A DNA stretch of 44,840 bases from Candidatus Omnitrophota bacterium (GTDB lineage Bacteria; Omnitrophota; Gorgyraeia; 2-02-FULL-51-18): the NCBI GenBank assembly GCA_016180585.1, contig JACPAX010000040.1:1-44840 (forward strand), in the 5' to 3' direction. Below, one piece after another: positions 29,401-37,671 of this stretch. The translations under genes were made by a program, and so were the position numbers. Numbering within the stretch: position 1 is the first letter of the stretch; every line of letters begins with the position of its first letter. Below the pieces are notes generated by a model, which was not told where the DNA came from, searched no databases, and saw nothing but the letters and a program-made list of their open reading frames with translations.

Positions 29401-32400
29401 TTCCGTTTGTTTGTCGTCGATAACCAAACCTCTTTCTCTGGCAATAGCCGCAATCGCCTGGTAGGCATGCCCTTTGCCTCCGGAAATCACAAGGTATTTG
29501 AAGTAAGTTCCTTGGTCCATCAAGCGAATGATCTCCTTAAAAAGTTCCTTATCTGCAATCCCGAATACTACCAGTGCTTGAATGTCTTTGACGTGCCGGG
29601 TCGTGTCATATTCCTTTTTCGCCAACAAACCGGTCAAGTAGGAAATATCGTCGTCTCCACTAGTTTCTGAAGAAAACCGTATCCCTTGGATAGGTCTGAC
29701 TTTCACCTGACTAGCAAGCCTATCAAGAGAATTCCGATCAGCGACTGTCGAGAATGGAAAGGTTGCCGTTGCGGTCCCCGCTGCGACCGCTCTTTGAATT
29801 GCTCGCTCATAATCGGGATCTCTGTCATTTCGGCTGTCCATGATTAGCGAATGGATAAAGGCCCCCGCCAAAGCGTCTCCGCAGCAAAGCGTGCTCTTCA
29901 CCAAAACGGAAGGCGCGTTGGCGTAGAATACCCGATGATGCGCTACGAGAACTGCGCCTTTGGATCCCAAGGAAACAATCACCACTTGTATCTTGTGCTT
30001 TTTTGAGATTGCCATGGCCAAGTGACCGATTCGGGAAATGTCCGCATCCCCAAGCACTTTAGGCAAAGACCGGCCCGTAAACTTGGAAAACTCCGTTCCA
30101 TTCATTTTGACGACCTCCGGCGAAGAAGAAACAATTTGCATCATTTCGTCCCGAGACAAATAAGGAAGGAAATCGACAAAAATACGGTAACCACGCTCTT
30201 TCAGAGCCTGCACGGCCTCGCCGAAATAACCGGAAGATTCAAGACCCGGAAACACGTGGCCTTCCAACACGGCAAACACCCCTTTTCCCGGCCTTGGAAG
30301 ATTCTTAATGGCATGGATCATTTCCTCGGTTTCTTGCCCGGTCAAGCGTGGATTTTGAGGCTGAAAAAGAAATTCCCTTGTGGCGGATCCATGCTCGCCC
30401 GGAAGATGAACAAAAAGACTCACCTTCGTGCGGCCCGGCACATAAAGAATTCGATGGTCAACTCCACGTTCATTTTCAATCATCCTTCGGTAGGCTCTTC
30501 CAACTGAGCCGCTTGAACCTTTTTGACGGATAGCCAAAGATTTCAGTCCGCCAAGATTTTTCACCATGCGAAGGATTCCGCCGCCCGCTCCGTCATCCGC
30601 TTGAAAAGATTTTACCGAATATTTTTGGCCTTGTTTTTTAAACAGGACCGACAAGTCAATGACCCCCGTGGGGCCGATGACCACGAGATCGGGAGAAAAA
30701 CTGATAGAAACACGTTGAGAATTTTCAGACCGAACTGCACCGGAATTCTGCCGACCGAGATCTAGTCCTAAAAATACCTCTTTGGTCAACCGCGAAAGCG
30801 AGTCCGGATCCATTGATTTAATACGGCTTATCAAACTCATTAGATCTCGTTCATCCGAAGGGACAAGTAATTGCTTCGCCATTTGCTCCACCCCGGAGAA
30901 GCGCGATCCCACCACGGCCATACCCGTTCGTCGATCCAGCGCATTCACAAAAGCCTGCCGGTTTCCCCAAGGGTCAGAGGTCACCAGCCGCGTCGGCATT
31001 TGCGTAGCCGCGACGAGAGGAAGATGGCTTGCCTGAAAGGCAAATCTATTTTCAGCCGTAAACGCTTTCTTCAAATTCTGGCTGAGCAGAAGTTTTTCGT
31101 AACGTTTCTGGTTCGTCTCGTGGTCAATCTGCGGCGTGATCGTGGCATAGGAAATGCCCTCGCGCCTTAAGAGGAATTTGAGATTGGGACTGTGATAGCC
31201 GCCGGCGATGAGGGCGGCCTGGGTCTGGTTTTGCGCGTCCATCGTCTCTTTTATTTTCTCGACGAAGTGCGCGTCCCTGCGGTAGGTCAGCGAATAAAAC
31301 GCCTCACACTTGGCAATCGTTTCTTCGTAACCGGATTCGAGAAACACGACGTCTTCGTAAAAATCCTCAAGGTCCTTGATTCGGGCGTTGATAAACCCGG
31401 TGATCCGCCGGATGTCGAAGCCTTCTTTTTCTTTCGTATAGTCCCTAAATTCTTCCGGGGTCAGACTTAGATTCAGTAGTTTTTTCAATACATCGATCCG
31501 CTTGGAAATTTGGACCAGCTCTTTTTCGTCCGGAGTCGTCGTGAGCAACCGGTACACTTCTTTTTCGAGAAGCGCCTGCTCCTCAAGCATCGATTTGGTC
31601 TTTATTTTTTCCGCCTGCGCCAGGTACCGGAAATATTTGGAGAGTTCCGGATACTTCTCCAGGTTTTCACCGAGCCGCTCCTTGAGCCGCGCGAAAAACG
31701 CGGAGCCCGGCCTGTCCTCGCGACTCCCTTGTCGGGAAGGCGCGTGGTCCTCCGCCCCGCCCGCAAGCGCTTGTCTTTCCTCCGCGGCCGCCTTTTCAAA
31801 ATCAATCGCGGCTTCGAGAACGCGCAGTTCGTTGAGGGTTTTCAAATGCGGATAGCGCGAGAGGGGGATTTGGAGGTTCTTCGCCTCGGCTGTCAAGGAC
31901 GCGTAGTATTCGACAAACGACGTCTCCCCGCGGAGGAATCGCCCGTGTTTTTGGTCGAAAGAGAAAAGGAAAGGGTTGTAAATACGCGGCTTGAGCGTCT
32001 TGACGGCGGATTGGGCGCGATCCAGATAAGCGTTAAACTGCTCTCGCTTCGCGGCAATCGCGCGGTAAATTTCCAAAGACTTCGCGTACAACCCGGGGTC
32101 TTCCACCCCATAAGACCGGACCGGCAGATCGGTCGTGAGATCGAAGTATTCCACGCCCTGAAGCTCGCCTTTCATCACATAAGAACGGGCCACTCGTTCC
32201 CTGACGAGCGGATCTGATCCCGTTCTCAGAGACGACAAGGACTCGTCGCCGGCGCCGGCCTCCAAAAATATTTGATGGACGGCTTTCTTACGAGACAAAA
32301 AGTCGAGAGTTTTAGCGATATTAAACTGCGCGGAGCTATTGGTATGCGCATCCTGAATGAGGTAAAGCGTTCGCCCGCCGCCGGGCGCCAGCCACGAATC

Positions 32401-32571
32401 CCCGACCGTTGCAATGGATTCGGGGAGGTCCAAACGTACTTGGGCTTCGTTGAACCAATCAATTTTCACCGCCTGGGGACCCGGCGAGGCCAGCGCCAAT
32501 TGCTCACAGAGCAGCGTCAACACAAGGCCTACTGAGACGCTTTTCAGTGATTTGTCATATAAACTCTTCAT
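26479..32571 (-). CDS. 2030-aa secreted modular protein (N-terminal domain, PfkB-like, DUF218-like, NagB-like and unknown domains)
   Basis: Signal-peptide-like N-terminus and strong RBS AAGGAGG. N-domain motifs QDAH, LEAG, RRD, GGYH. PfkB-like VSLGSKGA..STLCCGDALAGAF. DUF218-like ISGGKGH..EDESQHTLDNI. NagB-like LPSGGT..GGID..GQNGH..TLGPRAILSAR. Confidence 0.9.
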   Translation of the reverse strand: MKSLYDKSLKSVSVGLVLTLLCEQLALASPGPQAVKIDWFNEAQVRLDLPESIATVGDSWLAPGGGRTLYLIQDAHTNSSAQFNIAKTLDFLSRKKAVHQIFLEAGAGDESLSSLRTGSDPLVRERVARSYVMKGELQGVEYFDLTTDLPVRSYGVEDPGLYAKSLEIYRAIAAKREQFNAYLDRAQSAVKTLKPRIYNPFLFSFDQKHGRFLRGETSFVEYYASLTAEAKNLQIPLSRYPHLKTLNELRVLEAAIDFEKAAAEERQALAGGAEDHAPSRQGSREDRPGSAFFARLKERLGENLEKYPELSKYFRYLAQAEKIKTKSMLEEQALLEKEVYRLLTTTPDEKELVQISKRIDVLKKLLNLSLTPEEFRDYTKEKEGFDIRRITGFINARIKDLEDFYEDVVFLESGYEETIAKCEAFYSLTYRRDAHFVEKIKETMDAQNQTQAALIAGGYHSPNLKFLLRREGISYATITPQIDHETNQKRYEKLLLSQNLKKAFTAENRFAFQASHLPLVAATQMPTRLVTSDPWGNRQAFVNALDRRTGMAVVGSRFSGVEQMAKQLLVPSDERDLMSLISRIKSMDPDSLSRLTKEVFLGLDLGRQNSGAVRSENSQRVSISFSPDLVVIGPTGVIDLSVLFKKQGQKYSVKSFQADDGAGGGILRMVKNLGGLKSLAIRQKGSSGSVGRAYRRMIENERGVDHRILYVPGRTKVSLFVHLPGEHGSATREFLFQPQNPRLTGQETEEMIHAIKNLPRPGKGVFAVLEGHVFPGLESSGYFGEAVQALKERGYRIFVDFLPYLSRDEMMQIVSSSPEVVKMNGTEFSKFTGRSLPKVLGDADISRIGHLAMAISKKHKIQVVIVSLGSKGAVLVAHHRVFYANAPSVLVKSTLCCGDALAGAFIHSLIMDSRNDRDPDYERAIQRAVAAGTATATFPFSTVADRNSLDRLASQVKVRPIQGIRFSSETSGDDDISYLTGLLAKKEYDTTRHVKDIQALVVFGIADKELFKEIIRLMDQGTYFKYLVISGGKGHAYQAIAAIARERGLVIDDKQTEAMLIHAILLDTAKKSALREKARIVKILERKSGTNVVVLEDESQHTLDNIRKLKALMNREHWREHWLETQGKFYLMFMTTPLQMLRTDAQLRKVFRDEIKSGQIEPIAHTRLLDLGEENIAQIEEIIFKELIRLVSNAQTGDLDLPLADEVWPRAERAFEASSKKETIRNWSTGYLKGMGITKEALIQNAPKASRAFLSEALSLVGLKDYLEYYQGKLEKIENEINVNEYLRKRPDLPIQDLAAVDKIIEYLKQERDSVKQKLASSGLRSAKESLIRPFVIRTQDFAEGGAVLIAKEIAAIQKSGRSVVNVVLPSGGTIEPIYQKLSVELVEKATRGEINLDQINWWQAYDYKDLTPDHMKSTAHSLRFLENLEGVSREQVHFISDSPTPQDYWEKLESMGGIDIAVAVPGQNGHFWMVDPNTSEDLTVGEVCLTKETVQKNGAGNLANPAGDVIGVTLGPRAILSARSVFLFANTKGKQAIIGKFWDSAPTPDIPVTLLKKLENAPDRLKVVVDIQAAPPVLVEAAHPASRFIAEMAANLGAENFSIETGVLKYGETLPFNLREGLLLLDHLRGYLIFERTGDDEMNQVTLFGSPSQPLSTPYAFSGPYTGERVHIESLDATGRIEVRNVFPGQPRKYWFVKHVQGLRHAQRSVSEDRETFLFALQVFKAKGEGYFAVSGKSQGAPDILGVEFDEKTRAVTVHFNDEKSVTLKNYTAVLRRNRVSGRLESGSVRVSKSELMLSDIQFELGKQTSGVEASSKGWITNAPKVLEIRLSGFMNEETHRTDGLFTDWLICAAHKAGSRNAVLVLEGASAEQRQQISNRASVLFPRGSRFIYDASEALPLSHQHASRVALVAIDPERIPSLEKGRLYLVAGALERNTMHNVTALIQTALVEAEVGLEGMRPHDPKFARLRDVYEASGIKIGGDIPGFIEFTKGAITRDRLKRWGLVPYRVDAILRAYELGNRMASQAA

Positions 32572-32603
32572 GGACTTACCCTCCTTTGTTCTTGAACAAA
32601 ACT

Positions 32604-32623
32604 TTATGTAAGCGCTTACATAA
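32604..32623. promoter_or_regulatory. LacI-family operator upstream of the giant gene
   Basis: Perfect 20-bp palindrome TTATGTAAGCGCTTACATAA with a central CG. Confidence 0.88.
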
Positions 32624-32636
32624 GTTGGAAAAAAAA

Positions 32637-33662
32637 TTACGTGAGCGCCTTAACCGACTTTCTCTCCGCAAGACTCACCGGCTTGAGTGTCTGCCACAGA
32701 AAGACCTCCGTCGGGAGTTTCTTTTCCAGATGGCTCACCAGACGCGCGACCCCTTCCCTCGCAATCTCGTACAAAGGAACGCTGATGGTCGTCAAAGGAG
32801 GGTCCGTGTACCGCGAACCTCGTTCGTCGTCGTAGCCCATCACCGAGATTTCGCCTGGACAGGCAACCCCCAGGCTTTTCAACTTTTCGAGAACACCGGC
32901 CGCCATGAAATCGTTGAGACAAAAAATGGCCGTGATCCTGGGTTTTTTCTTAAGATAATTTTCGACCACGGCCGCGGCCGTGTCCTTTTTATAGTCCCCA
33001 CACAGCACCGATCCCGGCTCCAGACGAACACCCACCTTTTCGCAATACCGTTTAAAACCCCTCAACCTCAAATTACTGTCACTCGACCATTTCGGCCCCG
33101 TCACCACCGCCATTTTCCGGTGACCTTTTGAATGAAGATACCTCGCGGCCATTTCTCCTCCCATTTCGTTATCCGCGCTGATAAAGTTCGCTTTGATTTG
33201 ATTCGGAGGGTCCGTGATGAACGTGCTGGGAACCTGCACGTGTTCAAGCGCCCACTTGTCGGAAAAATACAGGGGCCACTGGGTCACCAAAAGCCCGTCG
33301 ATGCCCTCACTCGCCTTGAAATTATAATGGTCCCAAACGGGCATTCCGGCTTTTGAAAGAATCATCTTAAACGCGTAGTGGGTGTCCATCAACGCGTCTG
33401 AAGCGCCGCTCAAGATTTTGGAATAATAGTCGCTGAAAAATATTCCCGGAAGATGCGGGAGAAGGACGCCGATCGTTTTAAACGTTTTCTTGCTTAAATT
33501 CTTCGCCGCGAGGTTTGGCGCGTAGCCGTGTTTTTGAATGAGCCGATCCACCTTTTTCAGGGTGTCTTCGGAAACCTTGTGCCGCATCTCGAGATTGATG
33601 ACTCTCGAAATCGTGGCGATGGATACCCCTGCTTTCTTGGCAATCTGGTAGATGGTGGTCAT
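32637..33662 (-). CDS. LacI-family transcriptional regulator
   Basis: HTH TIYQIAKKAGVSIATISRVIN, hinge YAPNLAAKNL, and a periplasmic-binding-protein-like core (ISVMGYDD, PPLTTI). Confidence 0.97.
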   Translation of the reverse strand: MTTIYQIAKKAGVSIATISRVINLEMRHKVSEDTLKKVDRLIQKHGYAPNLAAKNLSKKTFKTIGVLLPHLPGIFFSDYYSKILSGASDALMDTHYAFKMILSKAGMPVWDHYNFKASEGIDGLLVTQWPLYFSDKWALEHVQVPSTFITDPPNQIKANFISADNEMGGEMAARYLHSKGHRKMAVVTGPKWSSDSNLRLRGFKRYCEKVGVRLEPGSVLCGDYKKDTAAAVVENYLKKKPRITAIFCLNDFMAAGVLEKLKSLGVACPGEISVMGYDDERGSRYTDPPLTTISVPLYEIAREGVARLVSHLEKKLPTEVFLWQTLKPVSLAERKSVKALT

Positions 33663-33682
33663 CAGTCTTTTGCCTCTTTTAG

Positions 33683-33730
33683 TGAAAGCGCTTACATTAG
33701 GAATTATACCTGGGAAATCCCGTTTGTCAA
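33683..33730 (-). promoter_or_regulatory. Promoter and autoregulatory operator of the lacI-family gene
   Basis: TTGACA (33730-33725), 16-bp spacer, TATAAT (33708-33703); operator TGAAAGCGCTTACA at 33683-33696. Confidence 0.88.
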
Positions 33731-33794
33731 GACCGGCACGACACGTCCGCATTGGGCGTGACCTGCGGCGCGGGATGTGCTAAATTAGCGGGCG

Positions 33795-34544
33795 ATGTCA
33801 GCCCAGGAAAAATTTATCTTCATCAGCGGGGGGTCGCGCGGGATCGGACGCGCGATCACGCTCTCCCAGGCCGTGCCCGGCGTCACGCTCTTCGTGAATT
33901 ATCTGCGCGACGAGGAGACCGCGCTTTCTGCCAAAAAAGAAGCCGAGGAAAAAGGCGCGCGCGTCTATCTTTTGGCGGGCAATGTCGGCGACCCGGACGC
34001 CGTCCGGTCGCTCTTCGAGACGGTCCGCAGGAAAACCAAGCGGCTTGACGCGCTCGTGCACAACGCGGCCCTCGGGGTCTTCAAGCCCGTGAGCGAGCTT
34101 CGCGTGAAAGACTGGGACATCTCGCTCGACGTGAACGCGAAGGCCCTCCTCACCCTGTCGCAGGCGGCGCTTCCCCTGATGAAAACCGCGGGCGGGCGGA
34201 TCGTCGCGGTCTCAAGCCTCGGATCCCGCCGTTATACCCCCAACTACGGCGCGATCGGGATCTCGAAGGCGGCGCTGGAGAACCTCGTCCGGTATCTGGC
34301 GGTGGAGCTGGCGCCGCACCAAATCCGCGTGAACGCAGTCTCAGGCGGCCTCGTCGACACCGACTCTCTCGACAAGTTCCCCGAGATCGGGCGCATGAAG
34401 AATGAATTTCTCTCCCGCACCCCCGGCGGACGCCTCGGCGCGCCTGAAGACCTCGCCAAGGTCGTGTCGTTTCTCCTCGGGCCGGACTCCGGCTGGATCT
34501 ACGGCCAAACCCTGATCGCCGACGGTGGCTATTCCCTCTCCTGA
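33795..34544 (+). CDS. fabL: Enoyl-ACP reductase, FabL-like SDR
   Basis: SGGSRGIG, HNAALGVFKP, SSLGS and NYGAIGISKAALENLVRYLAVEL (Y-x6-K), then VNAVSGGLVDTD. Confidence 0.8.
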   Translation: MSAQEKFIFISGGSRGIGRAITLSQAVPGVTLFVNYLRDEETALSAKKEAEEKGARVYLLAGNVGDPDAVRSLFETVRRKTKRLDALVHNAALGVFKPVSELRVKDWDISLDVNAKALLTLSQAALPLMKTAGGRIVAVSSLGSRRYTPNYGAIGISKAALENLVRYLAVELAPHQIRVNAVSGGLVDTDSLDKFPEIGRMKNEFLSRTPGGRLGAPEDLAKVVSFLLGPDSGWIYGQTLIADGGYSLS

Positions 34545-35658
34545 ACTGTTATTCCGGGCGGCGCTCGTCTTCATCGGCCTGGTCTGGGTCAAGCGCGTCG
34601 TCTGGGTGGTTTCGCTTCGACGCCTCAACCCACCGCTCGACCCCCGGGAAGCGCCGGTAAACGCGCCCAAGGTCTCGGTCGTGATTCCCGCGCGCAACGA
34701 AGAAAAAAACATCGCGCGCTGCCTCGCTCATTTCTTCCGCCAACAATATCCGGACTTTGAGATCGTCGTCGTCGACGACCGGTCTACGGACCGCACGTCC
34801 CGTCTTCTCGAAAATTTCCAAAAACTTTCACCGGTGCCGTTTAAAATCGTCCGGATCGAAAAGCTTCCGCAGGGCTGGACCGGCAAAAACTACGCGATGT
34901 TCACCGGGTCCAAGGCCGCGGCGGGCCGATGGCTTCTTTTCACCGACGCGGACACGACGCATGGGCCCCGGAGCATCGGCACGGCCGTCGCGACGGCGCT
35001 CGAGGGCGGCATTGATTTTTTGACGCTGGCGCCGCAGACCGAGTGCCGGAGTTTTTGGGAAAACACCGTCCAGCCCCTCGCCGTCTCAAGCCTTGCGCTC
35101 TGGTTTGACCCGCGCAAAACCAACGACGACCGGAACCCGTCGGTGCTGGCGAACGGCCAGTTCATCCTGATTAAAAAGGAAGTCTACGAAAAACTGGGAG
35201 GAAACGAGTCCGTCAAAAACGAGGTCGTGGAAGACGTGGAATTCGCCAAAATTGCCCGCGCGGCCGGCGCGCGCGTGCGTTTTCTCAACGGCACCAAGCT
35301 CTACGCCACGCGGATGTACAGCAGTCTGGCGGAAATTAAAACCGGTTGGACGCGCATTTTCACTTATCTCTTCAACAAGAGCGTCCCGGCCCTGCTCCAC
35401 AAGATATTTCTTTTTGTCTTCTTCTCGCTCCTGCCGTTCGCGGCGCTCGCCGACAAAAACGTGTTTTTTTTGGCGCTCGCGGTGTCTCTTTTCATCATCG
35501 TCGTCCGTTTCATCGGCAATAAAATGACGAAAACCAACCCCTGGTACGCCTTCCTGCATCCCCTGGGGTCTCTCGTGATGATTTGGATTCTTCTGGCCTG
35601 TGTCGGGAGGGTTCTTTTCCGCCGGCCCTCCGTCTGGCGCGGGCAGTCTTACCCATAA
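34525..35658 (+). CDS. GT2 glycosyltransferase (HpnB/CrtQ-like, probably lipid acceptor)
   Basis: Motifs VSVVIPARNEE, VDDRSTD, GWTGKNYA, FTDAD, ANGQF and VEDV; C-terminal TM helices. Confidence 0.88.
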   Translation: MAIPSPELLFRAALVFIGLVWVKRVVWVVSLRRLNPPLDPREAPVNAPKVSVVIPARNEEKNIARCLAHFFRQQYPDFEIVVVDDRSTDRTSRLLENFQKLSPVPFKIVRIEKLPQGWTGKNYAMFTGSKAAAGRWLLFTDADTTHGPRSIGTAVATALEGGIDFLTLAPQTECRSFWENTVQPLAVSSLALWFDPRKTNDDRNPSVLANGQFILIKKEVYEKLGGNESVKNEVVEDVEFAKIARAAGARVRFLNGTKLYATRMYSSLAEIKTGWTRIFTYLFNKSVPALLHKIFLFVFFSLLPFAALADKNVFFLALAVSLFIIVVRFIGNKMTKTNPWYAFLHPLGSLVMIWILLACVGRVLFRRPSVWRGQSYP

Positions 35659-35664
35659 CCTCAC

Positions 35665-36090
35665 TCAAGCAATGGGAACATTCATCGCCTTCGCGGCTTT
35701 TTTCAGAGAGTCATCCAGTGTCGCAAGCGGCAGGCCCTGACGCAAGGCCAATTCCAGATAGGCCGCGTCATAAGCGCTCAATTTCCATCGGCGCGCTTCG
35801 TCGAAGACCCGGCTAAAAACACGAGACAGCGCGGTCGGTTCCACTGAAATACTCAAATATCCCAGTTGCTCCAAAAACACGCTTGCCTGAGAGGCGGTCA
35901 ATCGTTTATGCCGTTCGGCAACGAGAAGCACATTGGTTATTTCCAGAGGCCAGACAGCGGGAACCAGGGCCTCCACGCCGTTACCCATTTGGTCCAGCAG
36001 CCACTCCGTATACGGCGTTTTTTCTTCCTCAAAACACCAAGCCAACGCTGCGGAAGCGTCAATGACCAGGCGATTAACGTCGGCCTTCAC
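35665..36090 (-). CDS. vapC: VapC-type PIN-domain toxin
   Basis: Motifs VIDAS, LEITNVL, LSAYDAAYLELA and LATLD. Confidence 0.92.
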   Translation of the reverse strand: MKADVNRLVIDASAALAWCFEEEKTPYTEWLLDQMGNGVEALVPAVWPLEITNVLLVAERHKRLTASQASVFLEQLGYLSISVEPTALSRVFSRVFDEARRWKLSAYDAAYLELALRQGLPLATLDDSLKKAAKAMNVPIA

Positions 36091-36313
36091 GAATCATGTC
36101 CTTGATACGCAACCCGCGCAGAAGAATCCCCTTGCGCGCTTCGCGGATGCAGCGCGTCGCTTCCTTGAAATCACGCGCTTTCTGTTGGTCGACCGGAACC
36201 AACTTGGCCACCGGCACTCCACGACGGGTGATTTGAATCACTTCACCTTTCAGTACGCGTTCCAAAAGCGCGGGCAAATGTGTTTTGGCATCGAACGAAC
36301 CGACGTTGACCAT
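36074..36313 (-). CDS. Phd/YefM-family antitoxin
   Basis: FDAKTHLPALLERV..GE..ITRRGVPVAKLVP; upstream of and overlapping vapC. Confidence 0.92.
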   Translation of the reverse strand: MVNVGSFDAKTHLPALLERVLKGEVIQITRRGVPVAKLVPVDQQKARDFKEATRCIREARKGILLRGLRIKDMIREGRR

Positions 36314-36481
36314 CGTGGTCTCCTCCTATTTCAGAGGATACCTAATATAGACTAGTTTGTCAACTAGTTTGTAGTTGGTTAGTTTAGTTAGTTTAGTTTA
36401 TAGTAGCTCCGAGACAACCAAGAGTTTAACAACTATGCTTAAGCGGTCAAGATTTTTCAATATAGTTCTGTAATTATACAC

Positions 36482-36524
36482 TTGACATCAATCATTATAC
36501 ATGTATAATCTGTATCAGATACAG
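36482..36524 (+). promoter_or_regulatory. fic promoter with overlapping palindromes
   Basis: TTGACA, 16-bp spacer, TATAAT; palindromes ATTATACATGTATAAT (36494-36509) and CTGTATC-A-GATACAG (36510-36524). Confidence 0.75.
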
Positions 36525-36544
36525 TATTAAAGGATATAACAATC

Positions 36545-37669
36545 ATGCTATTTAAAACGCCTGTGCTTGGCAATAAAGAGCTGGAAGTTATCAAAGAAAT
36601 TGATGCTCTTAAAAGTAAACTTGGCTACATGCTTCATGCCCCTAGTAGATGGTATGGACTACTAAGTAGAATCACTCTATCTAGAGCTATAAAAGGTTCA
36701 AATACTATTGAGGGCTATAATATTACAAAGGATGATGCCGCCGCTGTTGTGGAGGGGGAAGAACCCTTCAATGAAAAAGCCGAAGCTTGGATGGCAAACG
36801 AATGTTATAGAAGAGCTATGACTTATGTATTACAAGCAGCTGATGACCCATACTTCAAACATTCGGAAATGTTAATTAAAAGTCTCCATTTTATGATGTT
36901 GGAATACAAAATTGACAAATCGCCGGGTCAATGGAGACCCGGATATATTAATGTCGTTAATGACCAGACAAAAGAAATTGTATACGTTGGCCCCGATGCG
37001 GAACTCGTGCCCGCTTTAATTTCAGAATTTGTAGACTCTTTGGCAAATCCCGCCAGAGAAGTACCTAGTATTATTCATGCTGCAATGGCACATCTCAATA
37101 TAACTATGATCCATCCATTTAGAGATGGAAACGGTAGAATGGCCAGATGCATTCAAACATTAGTATTAGTAAGAGATGGCACAAAAGCGTCTAAATTCTC
37201 TAGTATTGAAGAATATTTGGGCAAGCCAAAAAATACGTTAGAGTATTACGACGTGTTAGCTAAGGTGGGTATGGGTAAATGGAGTCCTGAAAATGATGCT
37301 CTTCCCTGGATACAATTTTGTTTAACAGCCCACTATATCCAAGCTTTAACAACATTACGTCGAACAAATGAAATGCAGAAAGTATGGGAGATACTAGAAT
37401 TGGAAGTAAAGAAAAGAGGGCTGCCAGAAAGAACCGTTCTTGCACTTTCAGACGCAGCTTTTGGATATAGAGTAAGAAATGTAAGATATAGAAAAAATGC
37501 TGACGTAGAAGATCAGACGGCAAGCCGGGATTTAAAACGCTTAGTGGACGCCAATCTACTTATTCCCCAAGGTAATGCCCGTGCAAGATATTATGTTGCA
37601 TCTGATTTTGTTAAGCAAATAAGAGATCAAAATCGGGAAAATCGAGAGATTACACGCCCGTTTGGCTAA
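36545..37669 (+). CDS. Fic-family protein (class II) with probable C-terminal HTH
   Basis: Catalytic HPFRDGNGRMAR and N-terminal inhibitory SNTIEG; strongly AT-rich. Confidence 0.93.
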   Translation: MLFKTPVLGNKELEVIKEIDALKSKLGYMLHAPSRWYGLLSRITLSRAIKGSNTIEGYNITKDDAAAVVEGEEPFNEKAEAWMANECYRRAMTYVLQAADDPYFKHSEMLIKSLHFMMLEYKIDKSPGQWRPGYINVVNDQTKEIVYVGPDAELVPALISEFVDSLANPAREVPSIIHAAMAHLNITMIHPFRDGNGRMARCIQTLVLVRDGTKASKFSSIEEYLGKPKNTLEYYDVLAKVGMGKWSPENDALPWIQFCLTAHYIQALTTLRRTNEMQKVWEILELEVKKRGLPERTVLALSDAAFGYRVRNVRYRKNADVEDQTASRDLKRLVDANLLIPQGNARARYYVASDFVKQIRDQNRENREITRPFG

Positions 37670-37671
37670 AA

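Noticed and set aside
36510-36524. LexA box upstream of fic
   Set aside because: The spacing is CTG-N9-CAG rather than N10, and the host's LexA motif is unknown. Kept only as a generic palindrome.
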